Source: Octopus sinensis
Lineage: Eukaryota
NCBI RefSeq assembly: GCF_006345805.1
Contig: NC_043000.1
Span: forward strand, 57,846,001 to 57,910,000
DNA length: 64,000 bases
Direction: 5' to 3'
The translations under genes were made by a program, and so were the position numbers. Positions 39,724 to 53,410 of the stretch are shown in pieces. A model generated the notes under the pieces. That model ran no database searches and was not told the DNA's origin. It saw only the letters and a program-made list of their open reading frames with translations. How positions within the stretch are numbered: the stretch's first letter is position 1; every line of letters begins with the position of its first letter.

Positions 39724-41351
39724 ATAAGTCATTAAAATATACTGGTCATTTATGTTGTTGGATGACAATGGCAAGTCACCTGTATTTTACCTTCCATTTT
39801 ACTTTAGCCTTCAACACTTAGCATAGAGTCACCTTCCCCATCTCTCAGACGAACTCAAATGAGGGGGCTTTTACCATTTATCTTTTTTACTTTGTCTTGC
39901 AAGTTACTTGGCAACTTAACTAGTGCTAGTGGTACAAGAAAAAAAAAGAAAAAAAAACACCCAGTACATATTGTAAAGTGATTGTTGTTAGGAAGGGCAT
40001 CCAGCTGTAGAAACCATGTCAAAGCTGACACATGTGCTTGGCACAACTTCTGCGTTCCACTGGACCTTGTCAAATCATCCAACCCATGCCAGCATGGAAA
40101 GCAGATATTAAACAATGACGACAATGATGATGATGTGTGTGTGTGTGTGTGTGCACATGAGAGAGTGTGAGTGTAAGTATAAACTTTTGCCTTTCAACCT
40201 TTTGGGGTCAATAAAATAATGTATCAGTCAAGTACTGGGGTCAATAGAATTAACTAACCCCCACTTCCTCCAAAATCACAGGCTTTCTGCCAAATTTTGA
40301 AACAATCATCATCATCATCATCCTCATCACAATCACCACCACCATCACCATCACCATCACCATCACCATCACCATCATCATCATCATCATCATCAGGACA
40401 GAAAAGCATGCTGAAAGAGGGAGGCATTGTAAGAACCAATTACTGATAGACAAATTTTAATGGTTCAGGGTTGCAGGAAGCAACATATATAAACACCACA
40501 ATGGTTTGGATCAAATTATAAGGTAGTTTTGAGGATACTTAAACAGTTCCCTTGCATATCCCCTTGCATGTCAGTTTGATAACAGTGCCTGTTGTATGAG
40601 AACTAGACTCTGCAGAAAGCTCTTTAGATGTCAAACATCTATGGCATATTTCTGGTGTACAACAAGCAACTTGTTTCAAATCTGGAGAAAAGAAGGTGAG
40701 AAGATCAGCTACTGTAGGTACTACTGTATATTATTATTATTATTATTACTATTATTATTATTATTACTATTATTATTATTATTAAGGTGGCGAGCTAGCA
40801 GAGTCATTAGCATGCCGGGCAAAATGGCAAAATGCTTAACGGTATTTTGCCCATCTAATCAGGGAATCTTTATGCAGTTGTTTCACTGGCTAGAAGTAAC
40901 AGCTAGCTCTCACTCAAATTTTAGATGCTTACCTTAAAGTAAAAAAAAAAAAAATTATGCAGGTTGAGAAGCTTTCTCCCCAACCATATGGTCTTGGGTT
41001 CAGTACCACTATGCAGTGGAATTTAATACTAAACAAAGAACTAGAAGAAATGCCACTTATGTGCAATTATGCTAGCTTGTCTTAATAATAATAAAAGCAA
41101 TGGGGCTAGTCAGTATACAATTGGTATATATTTCATCGACCTTGAAAAGACAAAAGGCAAAGTCAACCTTGGTGGAATTAGAACTCAGAACATAAAGTGG
41201 GATAAAATGCCACTAAGCACACAACAACATACTATAAAGCAGGGTTACAAAGGCATTCAGATTTACATACGTAGAGCGTTAAAAACAAGGGATGGAGCAA
41301 GGACATTATACAATACATTGGGACAAATTAGTTTCTTGTCTTTTAATTTGC

Positions 41352-41820
41352 ACATCATCATCATCGTTTAACGTCCGCTTTCCATGCTAGCATGGGTTGG
41401 ATGATTTTGACTGAGGGCTGGCGAGCCAGATGGCTGCACCAGGCTCCAATCTTGATCTGGCAGAGTTTCTACAGCTGGATGCCCTTCCTAACGCCAACCA
41501 CTCCGAGAGTGTAGTGGGTGCTTTTTACATGCCACCGACATGGGGGCCAGTCAGGCAGTACTGGCAATGACCTCACTCGAATCTTTTTACACGTGCCAGT
41601 GAAACGACATTGGTAATGATCACGCTCGAATGGTGCCCTTGTACGTGCCACGGGTACGGAAGCCAGTTGGCTTCTCTGGCAATGATCACGCTCGGATGTT
41701 CTTGGCACCCTACTAACACAGGCATAAGTGCCAGTAAGGCGACACTGGTAATGATCATACTCGAATAGCAACTCTGTCAATGATCACACTTGTATGGTGC
41801 TCTTTGCACCCCGCTAGCAC
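41352..41820 (-). mobile_element. RTE-tailed repeat with modular AATGATCACGCTCG array
   Basis: Family tail at 41352-41520; module repeated about 5 times. Confidence 0.75.
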
Positions 41821-42344
41821 AATTAATATATGAATATCTTTTGTCTCTTACGTGTTTCAGACTGTGGCCATGCTGGAGCACTGCCTTGAAGAATTTTTTT
41901 TTGTCAAATGAATCAACCTCAGTACTTTTTTTAAAGTCTGGTACTTATTCTTTCAGTCCCTTCTGTCAAACCGTTAAGTTATGCGGACGTAAACACATCA
42001 AAAGCAGTGGTGTCGGGGAATAAACACAGATAAAAAGAGAGAGACACACACACACACACATACCACATCCATTGCAATGCCTTTTCCAATTGTCTGTCAT
42101 GCAGGCTTCTTTCAGTTTCTGTCTACCAAATCCACTCACAAAGCTATAGTAGAAGACAGTAGAAATTTATAGAAAAACAAAAGACGAAGACAGGTGTGTG
42201 AATAATAAGTAGGTGTATTAGTTTGATGCTCTGGAAAGTGAAAAACTCTTTTGTGTTTCCAGCCTATGCTCTTCAACAGAAAGGAATAAGAGAATATAAA
42301 CAGAAAAAGAATTTAAAAAAAAACTTGTGGATTTAGCAGTCAAG

Positions 42345-42724
42345 CAAGTCTTTATACACAGATAATTTCTCCAATTCTTTTGGAGATACATTATCATCAT
42401 TTGGGATTGATACTTTGATTACAAGACACTTCCTTTTCTGATTATTCTTAACAACAGTATCCAGCCAATTAGCCTTGATCTCCCTGTCTCTGTGGATTAT
42501 CATATCCCAGAGGATGTTACTCATTCATTCTCTGAGGCCTTTTCTGCTGTATGTTTATACCATCTCTTTTCTATTGGTAAATACCACATAATGTTGGCCT
42601 AATTTCCTGTGTTCAAATGCATACTCTCCCTCTAATTTCTGTCATGCCTGCAGACATATTCACAAAGTGGTTAATTGATTTTTTCCCCAACATCCACATA
42701 TTCTGCAGATGTTTAATGTAGTCT
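42345..42724 (-). mobile_element. Inverted partial duplicate of the R4-like LINE C-terminus
   Basis: ILWDMIIHRDREIKAN..D..V..CLVI.VSIPND..ELEKLS.YKDL; shares idiosyncratic decay with 43206-43912. Confidence 0.85.
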
Positions 42725-43074
42725 GCTTTGCCAAAGGGGCCACACAGTAGGACTAAACCTGGAACTATGTGGTTGGGAAGCAAACTTCTTACCACTCACC
42801 TATGCCTATATATAGGAATAAATAAAATATAAATAAAACATACCCCTAGAGTTGAGAAACCTTAAACTAAGTTTGATCAGAACAACCCACAAGAAAGCCA
42901 ACAAATACAAAGCAAAAAGAAAAAGAAAAGCTGAAGGGACAGACAACTGTGAGGAGAGAAGGACAAAAAAAAAAACTTTGGAAAGGTTAAAAATGGAGTC
43001 ATAAAACACCATACTAAAGATATGACAAGAAAATCCCCTACAGGGCCCCAATACCTGTAAAACTGCAAAGGGTA

Positions 43075-44160
43075 GAAATAAAAGAAAACGGTATCACTGG
43101 CTGAGAAGTGAAGGACATAAAGTTGAGATTGAAAGATTCTTTCTTGCAACACAGAATCAAAGCCTTTCAACCATCACACTGCCTCTTTAAAATATGTAAT
43201 GAGGAAGACTACATATCAGCAGAATATGTGGATATTGGGGGGAAAAAATCAATTAACCACCTTGTTTCTGTCTAAGTGAATATGTCTGCAGGCATGACAG
43301 AAATTGGTGGGAGAGTATGCATTTGAACACTGTTGGTATTTACCAATCTTAAAAGACTCCGCCGGTTACGACGACGAGGGTCCCAGCTGATACGATCAAC
43401 GGAACAGCTTGCTCGTGAAATTAACGTGCAAATGGCTGAGCATTCCACAGACACGTGTACCCTTAACGTAGTTCTCGGGGATAATCAGCGTGACACAGAG
43501 AGTGACAAGGCTGACCCTTTGAAATACAAGTACAACTCATTTTTGCCAGCTGAGTGGACTGGAGCAACGTGAAATAAAGTGTCTTGCTCAAGGACACAAC
43601 GCGTCGCCGGGAATCGAACTCACAACCTTACGATCATGAGCCGAATGCCCTAACCACTAAGCCACGCGCCCTCACTATTTACCAATAGAAAAGAGATGGT
43701 AAACATACAGCAGAAAAAGCCTCAGAGAATGAATGGGTAACATCCTCTGGGATATGATAATCCAAAGAGACAGGGAGATCAAGGCTAATTGGCTGGATAC
43801 TGTTGTTAAGAATAATCAGAAAAGGAAGTGTCTTGTAATCAAAGTATCAATCCCAAATGATGATAATGTATCTCCAAAAGAATTGGAGAAATTATCCATA
43901 TAGAAAGACTTGGAAATGGAACATAGGAAGTGAAAGCAGAAACAATTCAAAAAAGAATAGGCAACCTGGGTAGAATGAAATAGCAAACAGACAATTGCAT
44001 AACTCGAATGCAAGGAGTTGCGAATAAATTAAGCAATTCTGGGCATTGACCATAGAGGATTTTCAAAACAAAACCAAACACAGAAAATGCCCAAGGTGTG
44101 TAGTGTTGCACTAAGTAGTGTACTGAAAGAAGAACACTATACGAATAGGACTATTGGATG
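43075..44160 (+). mobile_element. R4/Dong-like LINE 3' fragment (zinc knuckle + restriction-like endonuclease), interrupted by a SINE
   Basis: WLRSEG.KVEIE.F.LATQNQSL, ILWD..Q.D.EIKAN..D, KDLEME motifs; (GAT)n tail. Confidence 0.8.
43348..43675 (-). mobile_element. Full-length young tRNA-derived SINE with 11-bp TSD
   Basis: TGGCTTAGTGG A-box, GTTCGATTCC B-box, GTGTCCTTGAGCAAGACACT core, TSD TATTTACCAAT (43337-43347 / 43676-43686), CpGs intact. Confidence 0.93.
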
Positions 44161-46185
44161 ATGTTGATGATGATGATGGTTTTATTAATTAGATAGAAGT
44201 TCTAAAATCTGGGGGAATGGAACAGTCAATAATATGAATTTTAGTACTTGGCTGGTACTTTCGTTTATTAACTGTGAATTGATGGATGGCCAAGTTGAAT
44301 TCAATATAATTTGAACTGAAAACATGAAGAACTTGAACAATTTCTTCAGAGTATTTGACCTGGATGCAACACTCCAAGCATGTTTGTTACAAAATATTCA
44401 TGATGGTGGTGAAGGTTGAAATATTGATGGCAATGTAGCAGATATTGGTGTTGGTGGTGAGTTTAATAATGATTATTATTATGAATATTGTGATGTGGTA
44501 TTGGTTGAAACATAATGGAGATGGTGATGGTAGTGGTGATTTAGTAGAAGACAAGAGATCAAGAGAACTCTTTACAAAGACAATTGATGTATTGCATGAT
44601 AGCAATTATTTGAAAAAAAATGTCTGGTGTGTATGTATGCATGTGTGTGCATGTGTGCATGTGTGTATGCGTGATCTAAGAAAAAAATCTTGATAAGTAT
44701 ATAACAGCTGATCTAGATAGAGCAGATAGAGTGTATCTGTATTACTGATATTTTCTTACTAGATTGAAAAATATTAGATATCAGAAGCCTTCAAATGATC
44801 TTTAATTCTTTATCGCTCTCTCCATTTCTCTTTCTCACAAACACTCAAGCAGACATACATGTAATTACACACAAACAACCAGTCACACATATGTGCACAC
44901 AAACAACCAAACACAAATATGCTCTCTTTTTCTGACACACACACACACAAACAAATGCATAAAACCCAATAAAGAAATAAAAAAATTATTTGTTCCTGCT
45001 TGAGAAATAAAGCAAGCATACAATAGCTAAATTACATAGGTTCCTTACATTATGATTATTATCATCATCATCATCATCATCTTGAACATTGTTATTATTA
45101 TTTCTTTCTTTTTTTTGTCTTATATCAGCATCAACTCATGCTTTCCTAAGTACTAGAGTATCATAAATCAACTGCTACATAGCAAGCATTAAGCATTATG
45201 ACACAGAGAAAGTTTCATTGCTTCACCATTTAACCAATGGAGTGGAAGTAGATCAAGATTGTCTAACCAGCACTTCAAGCTACAGCTGCTATTCCTTGAA
45301 ATGAACAGGTAACACAGGTGGATAGGTTTTTTTTCATGGTATAATCAAGAGAAAAGACTAGTAATTATATAGTGTGATTTTTCTTGTTTTTGATTTTACC
45401 AATTTTTCTTTTTATTTCGGTTCAGTTCACTTATCTTCTGCAATTTAAGAATAAGTTTGATGAGTCTATGAAGTATGGTATTTCATCTGTGTGTTTATGC
45501 ATGTATGAATCTATCTGTGTGTCTGTTTGTCTGTGTGGTTTTAGCTAGTTACCATGCCGTTAGTATAATACACCTTACCAATATATTGGAGCATCAGATA
45601 AAATACCTTGTAATATTTGTTTCAGCTTTTTATATTCTGAGTTCAAGTCCAGCCAAAATCAGTTTTGCTTTACATCCACCCAAGGTTGATAAAATAAAGT
45701 GCAAGTCCAGGAGAGTAGACTGGCAGAATTGTTAGACCATCTGATGACCATTTATACTGCCTTCTATGTTCTGAGTACACAGGCAGATGTAGCAAACTCA
45801 TCTTATCTAGCTGACAAGATGGTAGTTTCTAACAAATACTTGAAGAAGGAAAGCAATGGAAAAACTATATTTTTATTCTCCCAAGAAAATTCCATGACAA
45901 ATATAAATATATATCACTTAAAGAAGATATCAAGAATTGTTCATGAGCAGACAGTGTCTTCTACCTGATCTAAAAGCTTAATTATATGTGTATATAAATG
46001 AACACAAAAACATATACATACACACACTGAATCAATGTGTAAGCCTCCGCATAATTACACAACCTGAAAGATATACTAGATAATGTAGTTTTACATAACC
46101 CTAAAAGGACAGGATAGCCATGTGTGGAATGCTTTTATAACAAGCATGTTTGAGCAAAGTTGACATGGGGCTAAACAACACTGTT

Positions 46186-46219
<34 letters not shown>

Positions 46220-46567
46220 CATATATGTATGTATACATGTGTAGTATATATAACATCGTCATCAAATGATGATGATGATATATATATGATTATGTATGTA
46301 TAAATTGTTTGAAGTGGTATACAGATTTTATATATTAAGAAAAAGGAAGTGGCCTGGGTCAGAATTTGGATGAGAACTATTGATTTAACACTCTCGTCTC
46401 TTTGAGGGATTCATCATATATATATATATATAATATATATATATATTATATATATATATATATAAATACACACTGTTGTGTCTGGGGAGAGTCATTTTCT
46501 AGCTTCAACACATGAACTCATATAAAGAATATTGTAAACCAAATCCAAAAACGATATGTATATATAT

Positions 46568-46602
<35 letters not shown>

Positions 46603-46624
46603 TCATATATATACATACATATAT

Positions 46625-46687
<63 letters not shown>

Positions 46688-47761
46688 TGTGTATGTATGT
46701 ATGTATGTGTGTGTGTATGCACGCACACACATACACATGCAAAAAATGCTAGCTATCACCTGTGAATGAGCATGGCTTTTTAAAAATGTACTATGCTTTC
46801 ACTAGTCATTTTAGATACCAGTGTAGTTATGAGCAGGTATAAACACCTTGAATTTTCCATTCTTTAATTTAGTGGTAGGTCCAGGATGTGATAGCCTGAG
46901 GAAGAGAAAACTCTACAAACCCTGGTTTGGTATGCATTTTCAACTGAGCTGACTGAAGTAGTATGAAATGAAGTGTCTTGCTCAAGGATACAATGCACTG
47001 TCCAGTCCAGGAATGGAGCCTGTGACATCATGATCATGAGCCAAACACCTATCTATTAGATCACATACCTCCACTACACACACACACACACACACACATA
47101 AATGGTGTATATATAATTGTGTTTGAAAGTAGTTCTGCTTAATAAGATAACTTTACAAATAAAATGAAAAGAACTCAGTAAATGAAACAGAATAAATTAA
47201 TTTTGCATATGAACTCAGGCTATTTCACATCCCATCAATCTACAAGTAAGAAAGATAAGTGATATAATCAAACAATACATATGTTCATGCACACACTCTT
47301 TCTCTCTCACATTCACACACATGCACATGCGCATGCACTCACACATTCCGTATATATGTATATGTAAGAAACTTCACCTGATCAATTTATAGGGAAGTAA
47401 ATAGAAAATATAAAGAATGGCTGTTTTTACTTAAGCACAAAGTCTCAAGTTTTATAGAAAACAGGAATGAGATTCAATAAAGTTCATGGGTTTCACATTG
47501 GTGAGTAAAGTGAAATGGCTTCAACCAGGTAGTGAAGCCTTGTTTGGTGACCCAGTTCTAATTGTGATTAAAATTATTAGCAAGTTATTGAAGAATGCAA
47601 GAACATCATAAACATTTTAAATGTTTGTAAATCATTTTTGCTTTTGTTTTCCTAACCAGCTCAACTGACTACCTCCTTTTTCCTTGATATATAAAATCTG
47701 TGCATCACCTCAAACAATCTATACACACACACATATATGTACATATACACACACATACACC

Positions 47762-47795
<34 letters not shown>

Positions 47796-49494
47796 ATATA
47801 TACATATGTATGTACTACTTACTTCTGACTTTACTCATAACTATCACATTAAATTGTTCCAAGTGTAGTGCTTGAACTGCAGCACTCATGTAGTTAGATA
47901 GATGTACATCTTTCAGAATTACTTTGTTAATGAAAATTTAGGAGATGTTAAATCTTGAAACTCGTTAGTTTTTAAAATAAATGATGGTCTCTATCCTATA
48001 TGATTGTAGGAAATATTGGTCTGTAGCCAAGCTGCTGCCACTACCACCACCACCATCATCCCCATCACCCAAAATATTTGGCAAAATTCAATATTTTCAA
48101 AGCAAACCATTTAGAAAGTATAATTTAAACATAATACTCATCTAAGTTAAATTCATAGTTGATTATCTTATGAATGAATGATCAGTGAATAACATATTTA
48201 CATTTAAAGAAGTGGTTGTAAAGATATCATATGAAAGAGGATAGATAACCATCTGAGCATCTAATGATGTTATATGTCTACTTACTGATGCTTTGATGTA
48301 ATTACCATCATACTTTGTGTCTTCAATGAAATATAATCCTTGTATTAATATTTTCATTTTGAGATTGTATTAACCATAGCAATATGCACAGTTTAAGTAT
48401 TCTTTCTTTTATTTTAATTTCATCTTAATTGCCAGGAACTAATTAGATTGTGAGACTGGCTCTTTATTATTTGATTCTGAGAGTGGCAATATCTTAGTCT
48501 AATTTAGAAAGGTCACTTTTAAAGAACCCATGTGTAGTTTGCTTAGAAATTTTCAGTTTGACATTTAAATTTTAAAATATTGATGACTAACTTTGGGTTG
48601 TACAGTGAACACATGATTATGCTTAGACAAATAATTTTTGCAAATATAATATAAAAGAGAATAAAAATATTGGTGTCTTTCATACTTAAACACAAGAAAT
48701 ATTGAGCTGTAGCCAAGCCATCACCACCACCCAAAATACTAGGCAAAATTCAATCACTGGTGGGAGCTGAATAAAATTCTGCTAGCTGAGGCTTTAGTGC
48801 AGTTATCACTCTACAATCTGTTCTTTGTAACTAGCTCTTTATCACCAGAACCAATCAATTAACTTTGCTATGTTCGTTTTCTTTAGTAGCAAAAAACCTA
48901 TTAAACCACACAGTAATTCCCATAATTCTTTAGCTTATCTTTTATTTTTTGTCGTTAACTTGTTTCAGTCATTTGACTGTGGCCATGCTGGGGCATCACC
49001 TTGAAGAGTTTATTCAAACAAATTGACCTTAATATTTATTTTTTTAAGTCTGTTAATTATTCCAACAGTCTCTTTTGCCAGACTGTTAAGTTATAGAGAT
49101 TTAAAAAGAAACTCAACACCAGTTGTCAAACAGAAAGATGCACACATACACTAATATTATAATTTTTGTGAAATCTATCTGTCAGCAACCAGCTTCTGAT
49201 TTGGGTTGCAACTCCCCCATTCGCTCTCACTCTTTCTCACAGTATGTATGTACAGAGACACACAAATATTTCCCAACAAAATACTTCTTGTTACAAATAT
49301 TAAGCTATCACTTTAGATAATAAAAATAAAAATTTCGTCAAAGAAGTTCATTAGAATTGGAAAAAAAATTATGAATCTCTCTTCTTTAAATTTTTCTTAA
49401 GAAAGCATACAAATAAATATTTGTTTTTCTCTGCTAGATTTTAATAAGTTACATTCATCACAATAAGAAATGCCATGTTCTGTTTGGTGAGGAC

Positions 49495-49838
49495 AGTTGC
49501 TATGGCATTGAGGTAGATTTGGCCAACCCTGTTAATAGAGACAAAACCTGGATTTAAAACATTAGATGATAATGATGATTATGTCTGTCTATTTATCTAC
49601 CACTGTTTTTATTTTGATCTCTCATCTACTACACAAGTAGCCTAGATGACTCACAGGCTAGTGTGAGGGCAATTACTATGGAATTGAGGTAGATCCGGCC
49701 ACCCCCTATTAACAGGGACAAAACTCAGATTTAAAACACATGATGATGATGATGATGATGATGTCTGTCTATCTATCAACCACTGTTTTTATTTTGATCT
49801 CTCATCCAACACATACGTAGCCTAGATGACTCACAGGC
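49495..49838. repeat. Tandem duplication, ~178-bp unit x2
   Basis: Both units run CTATGG..TTGAGGTAGAT...GTAGCCTAGATGACTCACAGGC. Confidence 0.9.
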
Positions 49839-50569
49839 ATAGTCCACTTCAGTTTCTTCCATTCAATCATTTCAGAATATAGTTGAATAATCAGTTTCTT
49901 ATAACGTTTTAAAATGTATTTTATTATTGAACAATCTGTCATAAATGAAGAACATGTAATTTCAGAAATTCAAGCAAGCAATACAGTGACAGTGTTCTAC
50001 CACTGCCTTTTTTCTTCTTTATCTTAATCTACCACAAAATATATCCACCTCTTTATCTCACTCTCTCTCCCACTGTTTGCCAGTATATATTATTTAAATA
50101 AAGTAAATTTATTATAAAATAGAAAAAAAAACATGATAAATCTCTGTTCTTTAAATTTCTCTTGGAAAAATTATGAATAAATATATTTGTTTATCACTTG
50201 CATTTTAATAAGTTACTTTCTTTACAGTACTACTAATGTGTTCACACATGGTTAGTTGTATATTGTTCTCAGTAGAGTTCGGAACCCATCAGACATAAAG
50301 ATTCTTGCTGGTTAAAGTCAACTTGTTCTACCGAGAGCACTTCACAGACATCTCAGTTATGAAAATGCAAAACTCACTGAAATCATCATACACACAGACA
50401 TTGTCAAAATTACCTGTCCCTGATTTACTGTAAATAACGCTACATCTAGAAATATAAACAGTTAAAAATTAATAATGTATTTTGATCTATTAAATGTTTC
50501 TTCAACTTCATTACTGTTTACCTAATTCATTGGTGAATATATACCTCTGTTTCAATCAAACAAAAAGAA

Positions 50570-51854
50570 TTGGATCATCTCATAAATAATGCAGTTTTTT
50601 CAGTTGTATGAACTAAAAGTTGGTGGGGATGGGATAAACTACCTGCATCAACTTGCTACAAAAGCGGGTAGTAATTTTACCTTGTACTTATTCTTAGTGC
50701 AAGTTTTGTAGAATGCAGATCAATTTTAACAGTTATTGTTTCAAAGCTATAATGGAAGTGACAAAGAAGCATATTCAGCATATTTTGCTTTATGAGTTCA
50801 ATAAAGGCAACAACGCAACAGAAAGTGCAAGGAATATTAATGCAGCATATAGAGATCAGACAAAAAGTGTAAGTCAATGTCAACAGTGGTTCCAGAAATT
50901 CCAAGCTAGAAACTACAGCCTAGAAGACAAATCTCGTCCTGGAAGATCTGTAAAGCTCAACGAGGACACCTGCAAACTCTGGTGGAACAAAATCCCATTG
51001 TAAGCATTGAGGAACTAGCAGAGAAGCTTGGATTTGGTCATTCAACTATTCATCAACACCTGCATGCCATCAGAAAGGTCAACAAATTGGGTCAGGGGGT
51101 TCCTCACAAACTTTCCAAGTCTAATCACACACAGAGGGAGAATGTGCACTTTTCTTTGCTGTCACATCTCATGAATGAAACTTTTTTGGGAGTGAATAGA
51201 GACTGGTGACAAGAAATGGGTTCTCTATAAAAATGTCAAGTGCCGAAGACAGTGGGTAGGAAAAGGAGAAACACTGGTTCTCCAGGCGAAAGAAGGTCTT
51301 CACCTATGTAAGGTGTTGTTATCTGTTTGGTGGGATATGAAAGGTTTAGCTCACTTTGAACTTTTAAACCCAAATCAAACAATAATAAAGGAGATCTACT
51401 GTGAGCAGCTTGAGTGGCTTAAGTCAGTGTTAGAAGAAAAACAACCATCTCTGTTTCAAGGTGAAAGGTGTTCTTCCATCAGGATAATGCTTGACCACAT
51501 ACAGCAAGGATGACATTCCAAAGGCTGGAGCAGTTTGAATGAGAAACAATGCCCCACCGACCATATTTGCTGCACATTGTCTCATCTGAAAATCATTTAT
51601 TCTGCTGTCTTCAAAATCATTTGGATGGAAAAAATATGAATTCTGTAGATGAGGTCAGAACAGTACTGGAGGAGTATTTTTTGTCATGGACAAGTGAATT
51701 TTAGAAGAGGGGCCTTGCAAGTCTCCCAGATAGATGGAAGAGCTTTATAGAAAATGAAAACGAGTATATTTTAGATAAAAAAGAACTTTGTTTATCTTAA
51801 TTTTGAAAAATAAAAGAAGTATAAAAAAATTGCATTATTTATGGGATGATCCAA
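50570..51854 (+). mobile_element. Full-length mariner transposon (1285 bp) with inactivated transposase (50752-51778)
   Basis: ~28-bp TIRs TTGGATCATCTCATAAATAATGCAG / TTGCATTATTTATGGGATGATCCAA, right-side TA; TGDKKWV, LSVWWD, HQDNA and HxPY motifs; frameshifts and stops. Confidence 0.95.
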
Positions 51855-51894
51855 TATCATTCTGGTAGGTATAAAATAACAGTCCATGCCACTA

Positions 51895-51927
<33 letters not shown>

Positions 51928-51930
<3 letters not shown>

Positions 51931-52168
51931 CAGAGATGTACTTGCATAGCGAGTAACTTGATCTGAAATCGTGTGCTGGAATGAAAACAATTGCATCGTG
52001 GAAGGTGTTTATAAGCCATTTAAGAAACACACAAAACCGTTAGATTCACTTCAACATTTAATTTGTCAAAATATTTTCGTTGCTTTGACAAATTAAATTT
52101 AAATGTTGAAGTAAATCTAACGGTTTTGTGTGTTTCTTAAATGGCTTATAAACACCTTCCATGCTGCA

Positions 52169-52172
<4 letters not shown>
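51928..52172. repeat. Fold-back repeat, ~85-bp near-identical arms
   Basis: 51988-52070 versus 52084-52172, embedded between (AT)n tracts. Confidence 0.92.
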
Positions 52173-52234
<62 letters not shown>

Positions 52235-52235
52235 T

Positions 52236-52449
52236 GAGAGGGTGCTGAAAAGTTCCTGGCTTTGAGAGTATCATGAAAGGCCTGATTGGAGGCCCAACCT
52301 TCCGTTTTTTTACAGGGCTTAGAAAAACTGAAGGACCACTGCAATAAGTGTGTGAATCTGAGAGGGGAATATATTGCATAAAATCATAATTAACTAATTC
52401 TCCTGTATTTTCTTTTACCCAAGCTAGGAATTTTTTAGCACCTCCTTGT
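52236..52449. mobile_element. Mariner-type MITE
   Basis: TIRs GAGAGGGTGCTGAAAAGTTCCTGGCTT / AAGCTAGGAATTTTTTAGCACCTCCTTG in TA context. Confidence 0.8.
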
Positions 52450-52464
52450 ATGTATATGTATATG

Positions 52465-52545
<81 letters not shown>

Positions 52546-52747
52546 CTTTTACCTTTTACTTGATCCAGTCATTGGAGTGTGACCATGCTGGAGCACTGCC
52601 TTGAAGGGTTTAGTTGAAAAAAATCAATCCCGTACTTATTTTATCAGTCTCATTTGCTAAATCACTAAGTTATGGGAACATACACAAATCAACACTGGTT
52701 GTGAAGTGATGGTAGGGGACAAACAGAATCACAAAGATACATATATA

Positions 52748-53100
52748 CAGGCATGGCTGCGTGGTAAGAAGCTTACATCTCAACCACATAGTTTTGGGTT
52801 CAGTCCCACTACATGGCACCTTGGATAAGTTTATTCTACTATAGCCTTGGGCTAACCAAAACCTTATGAGTGATTTGACCGACAGAAACTGAAAGAAGCT
52901 TGTTGTACATATATATCAATATATATGTGTCTTTGTGTCTGTGTTTGTCCCCCACCACTGCTTGACAACTTGTGTTGGTATGTTTACATCCCTGTAACTT
53001 AGCAGGCCAGCAAAAGAGACTGGTAGAATAAGTATTAGGTTTTAAAACAATGGCGGTGCCCCAGCATGGCCACAGCTCATTAGCTGAAACTGGAAAAATC
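52748..53100 (+). mobile_element. tRNA-derived SINE, directly next to an inverted 3' half copy (52545-52740)
   Basis: Family match on opposite strands. Confidence 0.8.
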
Positions 53101-53341
53101 AAAAAAATCAAAGTTGACTCATTCAACTAGTAATTATTTAAGGCAGAGTCCCAGCATGGCCATACTTAATTTTAATGGCACTGCCATTAAAATAAGGGAA
53201 TGCTGAAGAACCAAGCAAAATTTATAAAAACACACACAAAATAGCTCACAATACCTGTAGAATTCAGATACTTAACCTCCCCCCCCCGCCCCCGCAAAAA
53301 AAAAAGTTTGTTCCAATGTTGTTATGCAGAGTTTCACTTAC

Positions 53342-53410
53342 AATTTCTTCTGCTTCATTTCTTTGAGTTATAGTCTCAATTCTTTCATATACAGGTAATA
53401 ATTTGCATGT
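53342..53410 (-). CDS. Putative 69-nt coding exon (TCKLLPVYERIETITQRNEAEEI)
   Basis: AG acceptor, GTAAGT donor, phase 0-0, natural-looking residue usage. Protein not recognised. Confidence 0.45.

Noticed and set aside
40254-40453. Poly-Asp/poly-Met ORFs (also 58248-58495)
   Set aside because: Trinucleotide repeats with no splice or start context.
40627-40694. Plus-strand exon (AG...AAG|GTGAGA)
   Set aside because: All three frames are open, the pyrimidine tract is weak and there is no partner exon; insufficient support.
41560-41800. CRISPR-like array of AATGATCACGCTCG with variable spacers (also 2310-2460)
   Set aside because: Irregular spacing, spacers homologous to each other, eukaryotic repeat context and no cas genes.
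43600-43675. tRNA gene (also 8505, 28249, 63730)
   Set aside because: The cloverleaf is incomplete and runs into a SINE body with a TSD, so these are SINE heads.
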